This document shows, in pieces, positions 27,633 through 36,446 of a stretch of 64,000 nucleotides of DNA. The stretch comes from Candidatus Methylomirabilia bacterium. GTDB lineage: Bacteria; Methylomirabilota; Methylomirabilia; Rokubacteriales; CSP1-6. Position numbers and translations under genes: made by a program. Within the stretch, counting starts at the first letter, position 1. Every line of letters begins with the position of its first letter. The stretch spans positions 2,903 to 66,902 of the forward strand of contig JBGPTW010000011.1 of the NCBI GenBank assembly GCA_041490825.1. The letters are read 5' to 3'. The notes beneath the pieces were generated by a model. It worked only from the letters and a program-made list of their open reading frames with translations, searched no databases and was not told the origin of the DNA.

Positions 27633-29341
27633 CGCGCCGTCGTGGCGGCTGGGGTGGTCACGCCGTCTTGCTCGCTCTCGCCGCTCTGCTGGCGGCGAGT
27701 CCGCCCGCGCGAGCCGCCGAGCCGCTCGTGCCGCTCGCGCGTCCGGGGCCGTGGTCGGCGGTCTCCGGCCTCATCGGCTACGGCGATCGTCTCTGGTTCG
27801 TCAACAGCGTGAAGTTCGTCGATCACAACTCCGCCGATGTCTACAGCTACGATCCCGTGACGGGTCACGCTCGCTACGAGCGCCATCTGTTCAGTCAGGA
27901 TGCCGGCGATCCGGCCCAAAGCGATGGACTGCTCTACTGGCCGTTCGAAGACGCGCGGTTCTCCGTGGGGCACGGCGAGTTCATGGTCACGAACGGTCGT
28001 GAGTGGCAGTGGCGGAGGATGTCACAGACTCGCCTCGAACGGGCTCCGCCTGCGGCTCCGCCGACGTTCTGCGGCTCGCCCTGCTCGTCACAGACTGACG
28101 TGTTTCACGTCCACGCGATGGTGGCCGATCGCGGCTTGCTCTACGCCGCGACGTCGGCGTGGCGCGGGCTCATTCAGCGATCGGACGACGGCGGGCTGAC
28201 GTGGCGCGTGGTCTCCGAGTATCCGTCGGCTCCAGGCTCCGTCAGTCGGCTGACCACGCTGGCCGTGCTCGATGGGGCGTTGTATGCGGGGCTGACGTCC
28301 AGCGAAGACGGCGTGAAGCTCCGGCGGCTGGTCGGCGAGACGATGACCCCGGTGCCTGGCTGGCCGCGGGGCCGGAGCGTCTGGACCGTGAAGACGTATC
28401 GCGGTTGGCTCTACGGCGTCAACCGCGGCGGCGCCGGCTCGGCCGTGTGGCGTACGAACGGAGAACGCGTCGAGCGCGTGAAAGATCTCGACCGTGAGCC
28501 GGTTCGCGCGTTCGCGGCAGGCGCCGACACGATCTGGGCCGTGAGCGCGAGCGACGACCGGGGAACACTCTGGCGGAGCGGAGACGGTATCTCCTGGATC
28601 GCGGTGCAGTTCTTCAGGGGTGCCGAGCCCGTGGATGTTGCCGTGTATGGCGGCCACGTCTACGTCGGAACGATCGGTCCCCGCGACCGCGGAACGCTCT
28701 GGGGACCACCGGCACCGGCTGCCGCGGAGCCGGCGGTCGACGCGTCGGTTCCGCAACCGCCAGCTCGCGCGCCGCTTGAACGCCGTGCAACCGATGCGGC
28801 GCTTGCCACGCTCGATCGGGTGCTGGCAGAGAGCGCGAGCTACGCCGCGCATGGTGCTCGGCTGCGTGACGTGCTCGAGCCGCTCGCACTGGGTCGCGAT
28901 CCCGACGTCGGGCTCCAGCTCGCTCGGCGGCTCGATGGCCCGTTTCCGGAGTCGTCCGTCAGCATGTTTGGCGGCGCGCTCCGCATCCCGGCCGCGAAGC
29001 TTGCCCGCTGGTATCTCCTCTGGGCGCTCGCGCTGAATGGTCATGGTCGAGTGCCGCCGCGGCTGCTCGCCGTGGCGTGGCAGGCCCAACCCAATCGCGC
29101 CGAGAAATATCTCGAGCCGGCGCCAGCCGCCGCGTGGGCCATCGCGCAGCTGGGTCAAGCCGATGATGAAACTCTCGGCGCGCTCATCAGCCGGCTCGGG
29201 GCCCGAGATCAGCCGCGATGGCTCGACGGCGATCTCGTCGGCGCGCTCAGCGCGGTCACCGGCAAGCGCTTTGGGTACGACATCTCGGCCTGGCGGGCCT
29301 GGCACTGCCGGCGAGACCAGCGCGCGTGCGATCGGCGCTAG
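27533..29341 (+). CDS. secreted beta-propeller-like protein with Asp-box motifs; true start probably near 27630-27670
   Basis: Signal-like LLALAALLAASPPARA; QRSDDGGLTW and WRSGDGISW Asp-boxes; helical C-terminus. Confidence 0.7.
   Translation: MPGMLADAIVHERAAGRNRERHEVGQEELQDRITRRRGGWGGHAVLLALAALLAASPPARAAEPLVPLARPGPWSAVSGLIGYGDRLWFVNSVKFVDHNSADVYSYDPVTGHARYERHLFSQDAGDPAQSDGLLYWPFEDARFSVGHGEFMVTNGREWQWRRMSQTRLERAPPAAPPTFCGSPCSSQTDVFHVHAMVADRGLLYAATSAWRGLIQRSDDGGLTWRVVSEYPSAPGSVSRLTTLAVLDGALYAGLTSSEDGVKLRRLVGETMTPVPGWPRGRSVWTVKTYRGWLYGVNRGGAGSAVWRTNGERVERVKDLDREPVRAFAAGADTIWAVSASDDRGTLWRSGDGISWIAVQFFRGAEPVDVAVYGGHVYVGTIGPRDRGTLWGPPAPAAAEPAVDASVPQPPARAPLERRATDAALATLDRVLAESASYAAHGARLRDVLEPLALGRDPDVGLQLARRLDGPFPESSVSMFGGALRIPAAKLARWYLLWALALNGHGRVPPRLLAVAWQAQPNRAEKYLEPAPAAAWAIAQLGQADDETLGALISRLGARDQPRWLDGDLVGALSAVTGKRFGYDISAWRAWHCRRDQRACDRR
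28021..28096 (+). repeat. 66-bp in-frame insertion bounded by a 10-bp direct repeat
   Basis: GTCACAGACT at 28021-28030 and 28087-28096; internal GGCTCCGCC repeats. Confidence 0.75.
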
Positions 29342-30156
29342 TCGCCGTCCTCCTCGCCACCGTCGTGGTCGCGGGCGAAGCCGCCGACATGACGTGGGTC
29401 TCGAGCGGCAGCGTGCTGATGGGTTCCGACCGGGGTGAGCCTGCCGAGCGCCCGATCCACCGTGTCGTCGTATCCGGGTTCGCGATCGACCGGCTCGAAA
29501 CCACGAACGCCGAGTTCGCTGCGTTCGTCGCGGCGACCGGTCATCGCACCGATCCGGAGCGATCGGGTGTCGGCTGGCACTGGGATGGCGAATGGCGTGA
29601 GATCCGTGGCGCCGACTGGCGTCATCCTCACGGTCCGGGCTCGTCGATTGCCTCCCTCGATCGCCATCCGGTCGTCCAGGTCAGCTGGAACGACGCCGTC
29701 GCGTATTGCCGCTGGCGTGGCGCGCGCTTGCCGACCGAGGCGGAGTGGGAGCGTGCGGCGCGCGGCGACGGGGCCGGCGTGTATCCGTGGGGCGACGAGC
29801 TGCCGCGGATCGGCGCCCGCTATCGCGCCTCGTACGGGAGCGACGATTGCTGTCGCGCCGATGCGGGCGATGGTCATCGGTTCACCGCGCCGGTGGGCAG
29901 CTTCCCGCTCGGTCGGTCGCCGTTCGGCGCCGACGACATGGCGGGCAACGTGTGGGAGTGGGTCGAGGACTGGTTCGACGCCGGCTTCTATGCTCGCTCG
30001 GCGACGGAGAACCCCGTGAACCGGACACCGAGCGGACGCAAAGTCATCAGGGGCGGTGGGTGGGGCAACGATGCCCGGGGACTGCGGTCGACGCTACGCC
30101 ACGCCAATCCTCCGGACATCGGTCTCTCGATGGTCGGCATCCGCTGCGCGAATTGA
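29326..30156 (+). CDS. formylglycine-generating enzyme (FGE/SUMF1) family protein
   Basis: FAIDRLETTNAEFAAFV, HPVVQVSWNDAVAYC, RLPTEAEWERAARG, DMAGNVWEW, VIRGGGW. Confidence 0.92.
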   Translation: MRSALVAVLLATVVVAGEAADMTWVSSGSVLMGSDRGEPAERPIHRVVVSGFAIDRLETTNAEFAAFVAATGHRTDPERSGVGWHWDGEWREIRGADWRHPHGPGSSIASLDRHPVVQVSWNDAVAYCRWRGARLPTEAEWERAARGDGAGVYPWGDELPRIGARYRASYGSDDCCRADAGDGHRFTAPVGSFPLGRSPFGADDMAGNVWEWVEDWFDAGFYARSATENPVNRTPSGRKVIRGGGWGNDARGLRSTLRHANPPDIGLSMVGIRCAN

Positions 30157-30161
30157 TCTCA

Positions 30162-30233
30162 TGAGGGGCCCCAAATTGGCCCCTCAAACTCCCCAACGTT
30201 CGGAGCGCCCCGGCGAAGCCGTGGCGCTCCTCG
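30162..30233 (+). repeat. two-hairpin REP-like element, copy 5, between convergent genes
   Basis: TGAGGGGCC-CCAAATT-GGCCCCTCA; GGAGCGCC-CCGGC-GAA-GCCGT-GGCGCTCC. Confidence 0.9.
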
Positions 30234-30236
30234 GGT

Positions 30237-31601
30237 TCAAGCCGGCTTCACGGCGTCCATCAGCGCGTAGAAGCCCTCGGCCAGCGTCGGGTGAATGTAG
30301 ACGGCGCCCTCGAGCACCGTGTACGGCAAGCCGGCGCGCATGACGATCGCGAGCGCCTGGATGAGCTCACCGCCCTCGACGGCGACGATACCGGCTCCGA
30401 GGATCTTGTCGCTGGCCGCATCGACGACGACTTTCATCAGCCCCATCGTCTCGTCGCGCTCGATGGCCCGCGCCACCCACGACATCGGGATCGTACCGAT
30501 CTTCAGCCGGTGGCCCGCCGCGCGCGCCTGCTTCTCCGTCATTCCGACGCGGCCGACTTGCGGGTCGGTGAAGACGGCATACGGAACGATGCGGTCCTCG
30601 GTCGTGAGGTTCGCACCGTCGAGGTTGGCGTGGAGGATCTGGTAGTCGTTGTACGAGATGTGCGTGAAGGCGGGTCCGCCCTTCACGTCGCCGATCGCCC
30701 AGATTCCTGGCACGCTCGTCTCCAGGCGACCGTTCACCTTGATGAACCCGCGGTCGTCGACGGCGACGCCGGCCTTGTCGAGTCCGAGGTCGTCGGTATT
30801 CGGTCGTCGTCCCGTCGCGACGAGGAGGTGGGTTCCGGAGATCGTCCGGGTCCCGCGGGGACTCTTCACCCGCAGCGCGATGCCGCCCGTGCGGGGCTCC
30901 ACGCGCGTCGTGGTCGCATCGAGGACGAAGGCGATGTCCTCGGCCTCGAGCGCCTTCTGCAGCGCGCCGGCGACGTCGGGATCTTCGAGCGGAAGGATCT
31001 GCGAGCCACGGTGCACGACGGTGACGCGGCTCCCGAAGCGACGGAACATCTGTCCGAATTCCAGCCCGATGTAGCCGCCGCCGAGAACGACGAGGTGCCG
31101 CGGCACCTCGGTCAGCTCCATGATGGTTGCGTTCGTGAGATAGCGGGCTCCCTCGAGTCCCTCGATCGACGGGACCTGGGGCCGCGTGCCGGTGTCGATG
31201 ACGATCGTCTCGCTCTCGAGCGTCTGGCCGTTCACTTCGATCGCGTGCGGTGCGACGAAGCGCGCATGACCGCGGTGGAGCTCGAGACTCGGGCGCTGAT
31301 CGATTTTCTGCTGCTGGCCCGAGCGAAACTGCTCGACGATCGCCCGCTTGCGCTCGACGACACGGCCGAGGTCGACCGCGACCCGCCCGGTCACCACGCC
31401 CCATCGACGGGCGGCGCGGGCGTAGTGCGCGACCTGCGCCGAGGCGACCATCGTCTTCGTCGGCGTGCAGCCGGTGTTGATGCAGGTGCCGCCGAGGTGT
31501 TCACGCTCGATCAGGGCGACCCGCCCGCCCCGATCCGCCAGGGCGTGCGACAGCGGGTTGCCGCCCTGGCCCGAGCCGATCACGATCGCGTCGTACTTCA
31601 G
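30237..31601 (-). CDS. flavoprotein disulfide oxidoreductase (mercuric reductase-like family)
   Basis: YDAIVIGSGQGG, GGTCINTGCTPTK, GGGYIGLE, HPTLAE; start uncertain (CTG 31601 or GTG 31583). Confidence 0.88.
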   Translation of the reverse strand: MKYDAIVIGSGQGGNPLSHALADRGGRVALIEREHLGGTCINTGCTPTKTMVASAQVAHYARAARRWGVVTGRVAVDLGRVVERKRAIVEQFRSGQQQKIDQRPSLELHRGHARFVAPHAIEVNGQTLESETIVIDTGTRPQVPSIEGLEGARYLTNATIMELTEVPRHLVVLGGGYIGLEFGQMFRRFGSRVTVVHRGSQILPLEDPDVAGALQKALEAEDIAFVLDATTTRVEPRTGGIALRVKSPRGTRTISGTHLLVATGRRPNTDDLGLDKAGVAVDDRGFIKVNGRLETSVPGIWAIGDVKGGPAFTHISYNDYQILHANLDGANLTTEDRIVPYAVFTDPQVGRVGMTEKQARAAGHRLKIGTIPMSWVARAIERDETMGLMKVVVDAASDKILGAGIVAVEGGELIQALAIVMRAGLPYTVLEGAVYIHPTLAEGFYALMDAVKPA

Positions 31602-32227
31602 GAGGGACGCTTCGATGTCGAGCCCACCGGCGGGGGCGCGAACTCCTTGGCGCGCATCTTCGCGACCAAGTCGTCATACGAGGACGTGCGGATGATCTTG
31701 TTGAACTGGGTCCGGTAGTTCGAGATGAGGCTCATGCCCTCGATCACGACGTCGTAGACGACCCAGCGGTCGCCCTTGTGCTCCATGCGGTAATCGATCG
31801 GGACCTCCGTGCCCTTCTTCGTGAGGATCTTCGTGTGCACGGTGGCCTGCTCGCCTTCGAGCGCATCGCCCGTGTACGCGACCTTCTCACCGGTGTACTG
31901 CTCGATCCTCGAGATGTAGCTCTGCTCGAGGAGATCGGCGAAGAGCCGCGTGAACTCTTCGCGCTGCGCGGGCGTGCGCTGCTGCCAGTGCGGCCCGAGG
32001 CTGCGCTTGGCGGTCTCCTGAAAATCGAAGATCTTGCCGACCACTTCGCGGATGGCTTGCCGTTCGGCGGGGCTGCCGCGGTCGGGACGATCGAGGATCC
32101 GGATCACTTCGTCGACCTGCTGTCGCAGTTGATTGCTCGGAGCTCCCGCGCGCGCGTCGCGAGGCGCCACGAGCAGCAACGCGAGCGCTGCGAAGAGCAG
32201 GCAGGTCCATCGACGTTCGAGCATCAT
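31598..32227 (-). CDS. mlaC: MlaC/Ttg2D family periplasmic lipid-binding protein
   Basis: FDFQETAKRSLGPHW, YDVVIEGMSLISNYRTQF; SD AGGAGGAG. Confidence 0.88.
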   Translation of the reverse strand: MMLERRWTCLLFAALALLLVAPRDARAGAPSNQLRQQVDEVIRILDRPDRGSPAERQAIREVVGKIFDFQETAKRSLGPHWQQRTPAQREEFTRLFADLLEQSYISRIEQYTGEKVAYTGDALEGEQATVHTKILTKKGTEVPIDYRMEHKGDRWVVYDVVIEGMSLISNYRTQFNKIIRTSSYDDLVAKMRAKEFAPPPVGSTSKRPS

Positions 32228-32267
32228 GTGGACTCCTCCTGGCCGACTCGGGTTTCTCATTCGTACG

Positions 32268-32282
32268 GCAATGCGTATGCCA
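32268..32282 (-). promoter_or_regulatory. sigma54 (-24/-12) promoter candidate for mlaC
   Basis: Minus strand TGGCATACGCATTGC matches TGGCAC-N5-TTGC, 40 bp upstream of the ATG. Confidence 0.6.
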
Positions 32283-32305
32283 GCCAGCCAGGCGTTGTAG
32301 CTAAT

Positions 32306-33328
32306 TCAACGAGCGGGAGGAGAGGCCATCGGGGACGCTTCCGGTTGGTCGGATCTGATCCGTAACGCCCCGATCGCAATGGAGAGCACGCCGCCGACGA
32401 CGATTCCGATCGTCGCGATGCCACTGTTCACGGCAAGGACTGATAGTCCCGTCAGGGCGTTTCCTATGTTGCAGCCGAGTGCGAAGGTGCCGCCCACGCC
32501 CATGAGCAGGCCGCCGCCGAGTCTGCGCGCACCTTCCGTCCGGGACGGCAGGCGCCAGGACACCGGGCCTCGCACACGCGCGCTCAGAAACGTCCCGACC
32601 GGCAACCCGATCAGCATGACCGTCCCCCAGTTCAATGCAGTGGGGCGGGCGAAGATGACGACGTTGACCAGCGACCGGGCGGGACCGGTGATGGAGAGGC
32701 CCCAGTTCCACCCCGCAAAAGCACCCGTGAGCCAGGCGAGAACGCCAACGGCGCCGAGCGCCAGGCCGGTCACTGCCCATGGCCAGTGCGTCGTCTGCTC
32801 ACTCGGCCGGCGCAGGAGCGTCAGGAGCGCGATGATCAACGCCACGCCGGCGGCGACGGCGATCCAGGTCGAGACCCCGAACAACTCGGGGAGCGACGCG
32901 CTGATGTCCGGCGCGCCTTCGGATGGACTCAGCCACTCATTCACCGCGGCAAGCGGCCATCGCGCCGTGAGCGTAGCGCCTGCCGCAAAGCCCACCGCGG
33001 CGACCGTCGCTCCGCCGCTTCCGGTTCCGACGCGGGACCATATGGACGTCGCGCAGCCTTTCGCGAGGACCATCCCGATTCCGAACACGAGGCCCCCGAT
33101 GAATGCCGCGGCGACCGCGACCGGTGGCATCGGGATCTCGAGCCATCCGAGCTCGCCGAGCGTGTTCACGATGGCGAGCTGCACGCCAAGGGCGACCAGG
33201 TAGGCGCGGAGCGACGCGCCCGGTCGCCGCGCCACGATTTCTCGGAGCGCGGAGTGCATGCAGAAGTCGCCGCGGTGCACGACGACGCCGAGGAGCACGC
33301 CAACGAGGAAGCCGGGAAAGATCAGCAC
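32306..33328 (-). CDS. YeeE/YedE family sulfur/thiosulfate transporter
   Basis: HRGDFCMH, GMVLAKGC, GGTFALGCNIGNALTG conserved Cys motifs; start approximate. Confidence 0.85.
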   Translation of the reverse strand: MLIFPGFLVGVLLGVVVHRGDFCMHSALREIVARRPGASLRAYLVALGVQLAIVNTLGELGWLEIPMPPVAVAAAFIGGLVFGIGMVLAKGCATSIWSRVGTGSGGATVAAVGFAAGATLTARWPLAAVNEWLSPSEGAPDISASLPELFGVSTWIAVAAGVALIIALLTLLRRPSEQTTHWPWAVTGLALGAVGVLAWLTGAFAGWNWGLSITGPARSLVNVVIFARPTALNWGTVMLIGLPVGTFLSARVRGPVSWRLPSRTEGARRLGGGLLMGVGGTFALGCNIGNALTGLSVLAVNSGIATIGIVVGGVLSIAIGALRIRSDQPEASPMASPPAR

Positions 33329-33338
33329 GTCGGTTCCA

Positions 33339-33953
33339 TCAGCGCGGACCCTGATCGAGCCAGCCCTGGAAGATGTCCGCAGCGAGCTCAACCACCTTCG
33401 TGTCGGTCTCCACGCCGTTCGAGGCCGACAGCGTCATCCGCAACGCGCCCGCCGGCCGGCGGTTCAGCAGTCTCAAGAGCGGCGCGATCCTGACAGAGAT
33501 CCGGCCATCGCGATCGGAAGCGAGCTGACTCTGCCCTACACCGTCGATGTCGAGGGTCGCTCTGGCCGAGGGCCACGCTTCCTCGACCTCCTCCACGTCC
33601 TTGATCTTGCGTGGCAGGCTGCGGACGATCGTCTTGCCCTCCGTCGTCGTGAAATTGATGATGCCGCCACTGACGGTGGCCAGAGCGATGACCGCGATGC
33701 GGCGGACGTCCACCGCGCGCGCTTGCTCCTCGGTCACGTCGACTTCGTAGAGCGGCCCGTGCACCTTGCGCGTCAGCCGTAGCGTCAGCTCGTCGTCGGC
33801 CTGGGTCGGGGCGGTGAGGATCGTGACCACGGGCTGGAGACGTACCGCTTCCGCTTCGTTCACGAACCGGATGGTCTCGTGCTTGACTGTCGTGGTGGCG
33901 CACGCCGATACGACCCCGAGCGAGACGACGAGGAGCGACGCGAGGAGTCTCAT
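33339..33953 (-). CDS. hypothetical lipoprotein
   Basis: MRLLASLLVVSLGVVSAC lipobox. Confidence 0.65.
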   Translation of the reverse strand: MRLLASLLVVSLGVVSACATTTVKHETIRFVNEAEAVRLQPVVTILTAPTQADDELTLRLTRKVHGPLYEVDVTEEQARAVDVRRIAVIALATVSGGIINFTTTEGKTIVRSLPRKIKDVEEVEEAWPSARATLDIDGVGQSQLASDRDGRISVRIAPLLRLLNRRPAGALRMTLSASNGVETDTKVVELAADIFQGWLDQGPR

Positions 33954-33966
33954 CGACCGGTGTCCG

Positions 33967-34467
33967 TCACGCCCGGGCGCGCGACTGCGCCAGCGCCGCG
34001 AAGGTCGCGCGCGCCCAGGGCTCATCGAGCGTCGGCGGGGGCTCGTACCGGATCGGTTCGGTGATTCGCATGCCCGCTTCCCATTCGGCCGCGGAGTCCT
34101 CCAGGACTTCGTCGACCTCCAGCAGGAAGTACCCGAGTCCGTGTTCGCTGCCACCGGCCACGGGCAAGGGACCGTCGACGATCCGCGTTTTCACATAGAC
34201 CGTCGTGTCGGGCTCCACGATGAGAAGCGTTCCGGTGCCGCGCTCCACGAGATTGCGCGCGCTCTGACTCCGCGCCTGGATCACGAGGCCGAGCGTGCCG
34301 GAGTCGTAGGCCTTCAACTCGAGATACGAGAGCAGCATCGGATGCGGCCGCCCCTCGTGATCGACGGTGACGAACGGTACGGCGACGCCGAGGCGCCGGC
34401 GAAGGTCGCGCTGCGACAGTCGCTCGACGAGAAGCGGGGGAAGAGCGGTACCGACCTGGCGTGTCAT
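33967..34467 (-). CDS. pyridoxamine 5'-phosphate oxidase-like FMN-binding protein
   Basis: PFVTVDHEGRPHPMLLS, SQSARNLVERG; start ATG 34467 (the ORF finder extends it into the repeat array). Confidence 0.75.
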   Translation of the reverse strand: MTRQVGTALPPLLVERLSQRDLRRRLGVAVPFVTVDHEGRPHPMLLSYLELKAYDSGTLGLVIQARSQSARNLVERGTGTLLIVEPDTTVYVKTRIVDGPLPVAGGSEHGLGYFLLEVDEVLEDSAAEWEAGMRITEPIRYEPPPTLDEPWARATFAALAQSRARA

Positions 34468-34473
34468 TCTAAC

Positions 34474-34640
34474 TGGGGGCCCCGACATGGCCCCCAGACC
34501 CCCAACGCTCGTCACGCCCCGGCACAGCCGTGGCGCGCCTCGATATCCCCCAACGCTCGTCACGCCCCGGCACAGCCGTGGCGCGCCTCGATATCCCCCA
34601 ACGCTCGTCACGCCCCGGCACAGCCGTGGCGCGCCTCGAT
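34474..34640 (+). repeat. REP-like element, copy 6: one head plus three tandem 48-bp second hairpins
   Basis: CCCCCAACGCTCGTCACGCCCCGGCACAGCCGTGGCGCGCCTCGATAT repeated three times with no spacers. Confidence 0.93.
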
Positions 34641-34706
34641 CCCCCGAAATGGCGTGCCGCTCCTAGAGACATCGAATAGATCATACCGTCGCGTTGCGCC
34701 GGCCGC

Positions 34707-35471
34707 TCACTTCGGAGTCTCGAACCCGGCGGCGCGGAACCGCGCTCGACCTGTCGGAGACGTGAGGAGCCGCAGGAACGCGCCCGCCGCTTCGGGCGAC
34801 TGCGCGCGGGTCAGGATCGCCGCCGAGTAGGTGAGACGGGCCTGGAGCGGATCTGGCAAGGGCCCCGCAAGCGCGACGCCCGGCACCGATACGATCTCGC
34901 TGATCGGCGACACGGCGAGCTCGATTTCACCCGCGGCGACGCGTTCCAGCGCCGCGAGCCCCTCGGGAAAGAGCGTGGTCTTCGCCTTCATCGTGTCCGC
35001 GAGACCGAGCTGTTCGAGGACGCGAGCGAAGTGGGTGCCGCCCTGGCCACCGCGCGCGGGATCGGCATACCCGAGCGAGCGTGCCGCAAGAATGGCCTGC
35101 CGCAATGACGCCGGCGTGCCGACGTCGGGCAGTACCGCGCCGGCCCGGACCGCGACGCCGATCATGACCGTTCCGAGCTCCACTCGGCTCTCCTGCGTCA
35201 CCGTGCCGGCGCGCGCAAGCTGGTCGATGCCGCTGGCGCCTCCAATGATCAGATCGCCCGGCTCTCCGGCAGCGGCCTTCGCGCGCAGCCCGCCCGCGGT
35301 TCCGAACGTCAGCTTCACGTCAGTGCCGGTCTCGCGCTTGAACTCGGCGGCGAGCGCGCTGACCGGCGTCTGCGTCGCGCGCGGGCACAGCACCGCGAGC
35401 TGAGCCGAGACGGAGACTGGCGTGACGACAACGAGCGCCACGACGGCAGCGAGCACGAGGGAGCCGAACAT
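34707..35471 (-). CDS. ModA-like ABC substrate-binding protein
   Basis: Signal peptide; LTFGTAGGL, LGYADPARGGQGG, GVALAGPLP; no permease nearby. Confidence 0.8.
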   Translation of the reverse strand: MFGSLVLAAVVALVVVTPVSVSAQLAVLCPRATQTPVSALAAEFKRETGTDVKLTFGTAGGLRAKAAAGEPGDLIIGGASGIDQLARAGTVTQESRVELGTVMIGVAVRAGAVLPDVGTPASLRQAILAARSLGYADPARGGQGGTHFARVLEQLGLADTMKAKTTLFPEGLAALERVAAGEIELAVSPISEIVSVPGVALAGPLPDPLQARLTYSAAILTRAQSPEAAGAFLRLLTSPTGRARFRAAGFETPK

Positions 35472-35491
35472 GTCCTGACGTCCGCGACGGC

Positions 35492-36391
35492 TCAGTAGCC
35501 GCGCGCTCGGTCCACCACCTGCACGAGCGGCCGGCCGCCGACGAATCGGCGGAGATTGTCCACGAACAGCTCGGCGACGAACACGTCGCGCTCGGGATGG
35601 AGACCGCCGACGTGCGGCAGCACCACGATGCCCTCGGTCGTCCAGAACGCGTGGTCTTGCGGCAGCGGTTCGACGCGAAACACGTCGAGCACCGCGCCCG
35701 CGATGCGGCCCGTCTTCACGGCGTCGACGAGGTCGTCGTCGACCACGAGATCGCCGCGCGCGAAGTTCAGCACGTGTGCGCTCGGCTTCATGCGCGCGAG
35801 GGTTCGCGCGTTCAGCAGGCCGCGCGTCGCAGTCGTCGAAGGAAGCAAGAGCAGCACGAAATCGGATTCGCCGAGCACCGCGTCGGTCCCGTCAGGTCCG
35901 AAGACGCGCTCCACGCCCGGCACCGGACGCGGGTTCCACCGGGTGCCGATCACCCGCATCTCGAGCGCGGCGGCTTTGCGCGCGACTTCAGCGCCGACGG
36001 CGCCGAGCCCGAGGATACCGAGTGTCGTGCCCGCGAGCGTGGGATTCACGCGCCGGCGCCAGCGACGCTCGCGCTGATCGAGGACGATCGCGGGGATCTG
36101 CTTGGCGATCATGAAGAGCGTGGCCAGGATGTGCTCCGGCATCTGGAGCCGATGGGTGCCGCGCGCGCACGTGAGCGTCACGCCCGGGGGCAGATCGGGC
36201 GAGGCCAGCCACTGATCGCAGCCGCCGGTGAGCGACTGGATCCAGCGAAGGCGCGGCGCTCCCGCTGCCAGTCCGGCAGGCGGGCGCCACGCCAGCAGTC
36301 CTTCGCAGCGCGCGAGGGCATCAGCGGGCGGATGGGTCTTGAGCGAGGCGGTGATGAGCTCGACGTCTCCGGCGAGGCCGGCAGCCTTCAC
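35492..36391 (-). CDS. D-2-hydroxyacid dehydrogenase family protein
   Basis: GILGLGAVG, NFARGDLV, AVLDVFRVEPL, PHVGG; frame stays open upstream of GTG 36391, so the start is uncertain. Confidence 0.88.
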   Translation of the reverse strand: MKAAGLAGDVELITASLKTHPPADALARCEGLLAWRPPAGLAAGAPRLRWIQSLTGGCDQWLASPDLPPGVTLTCARGTHRLQMPEHILATLFMIAKQIPAIVLDQRERRWRRRVNPTLAGTTLGILGLGAVGAEVARKAAALEMRVIGTRWNPRPVPGVERVFGPDGTDAVLGESDFVLLLLPSTTATRGLLNARTLARMKPSAHVLNFARGDLVVDDDLVDAVKTGRIAGAVLDVFRVEPLPQDHAFWTTEGIVVLPHVGGLHPERDVFVAELFVDNLRRFVGGRPLVQVVDRARGY

Positions 36392-36446
36392 GGCGTCGAT
36401 GTACGGCCCCGGCTCGTCGGTCCAGAGCAGGACGGTAGCCGTTCGG

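Noticed and set aside
33967-34611. ORF-track N-terminal extension of the FMN-binding protein through the repeat array
   Set aside because: Domain-like sequence starts at ATG 34467; the extension is only antisense translation of the repeats.
34474-34640. CRISPR-like appearance of the 48-bp tandem units (also 52133-52360)
   Set aside because: Units are head-to-tail with no unique spacers, match a dispersed repeat family, and no cas genes are in the window.
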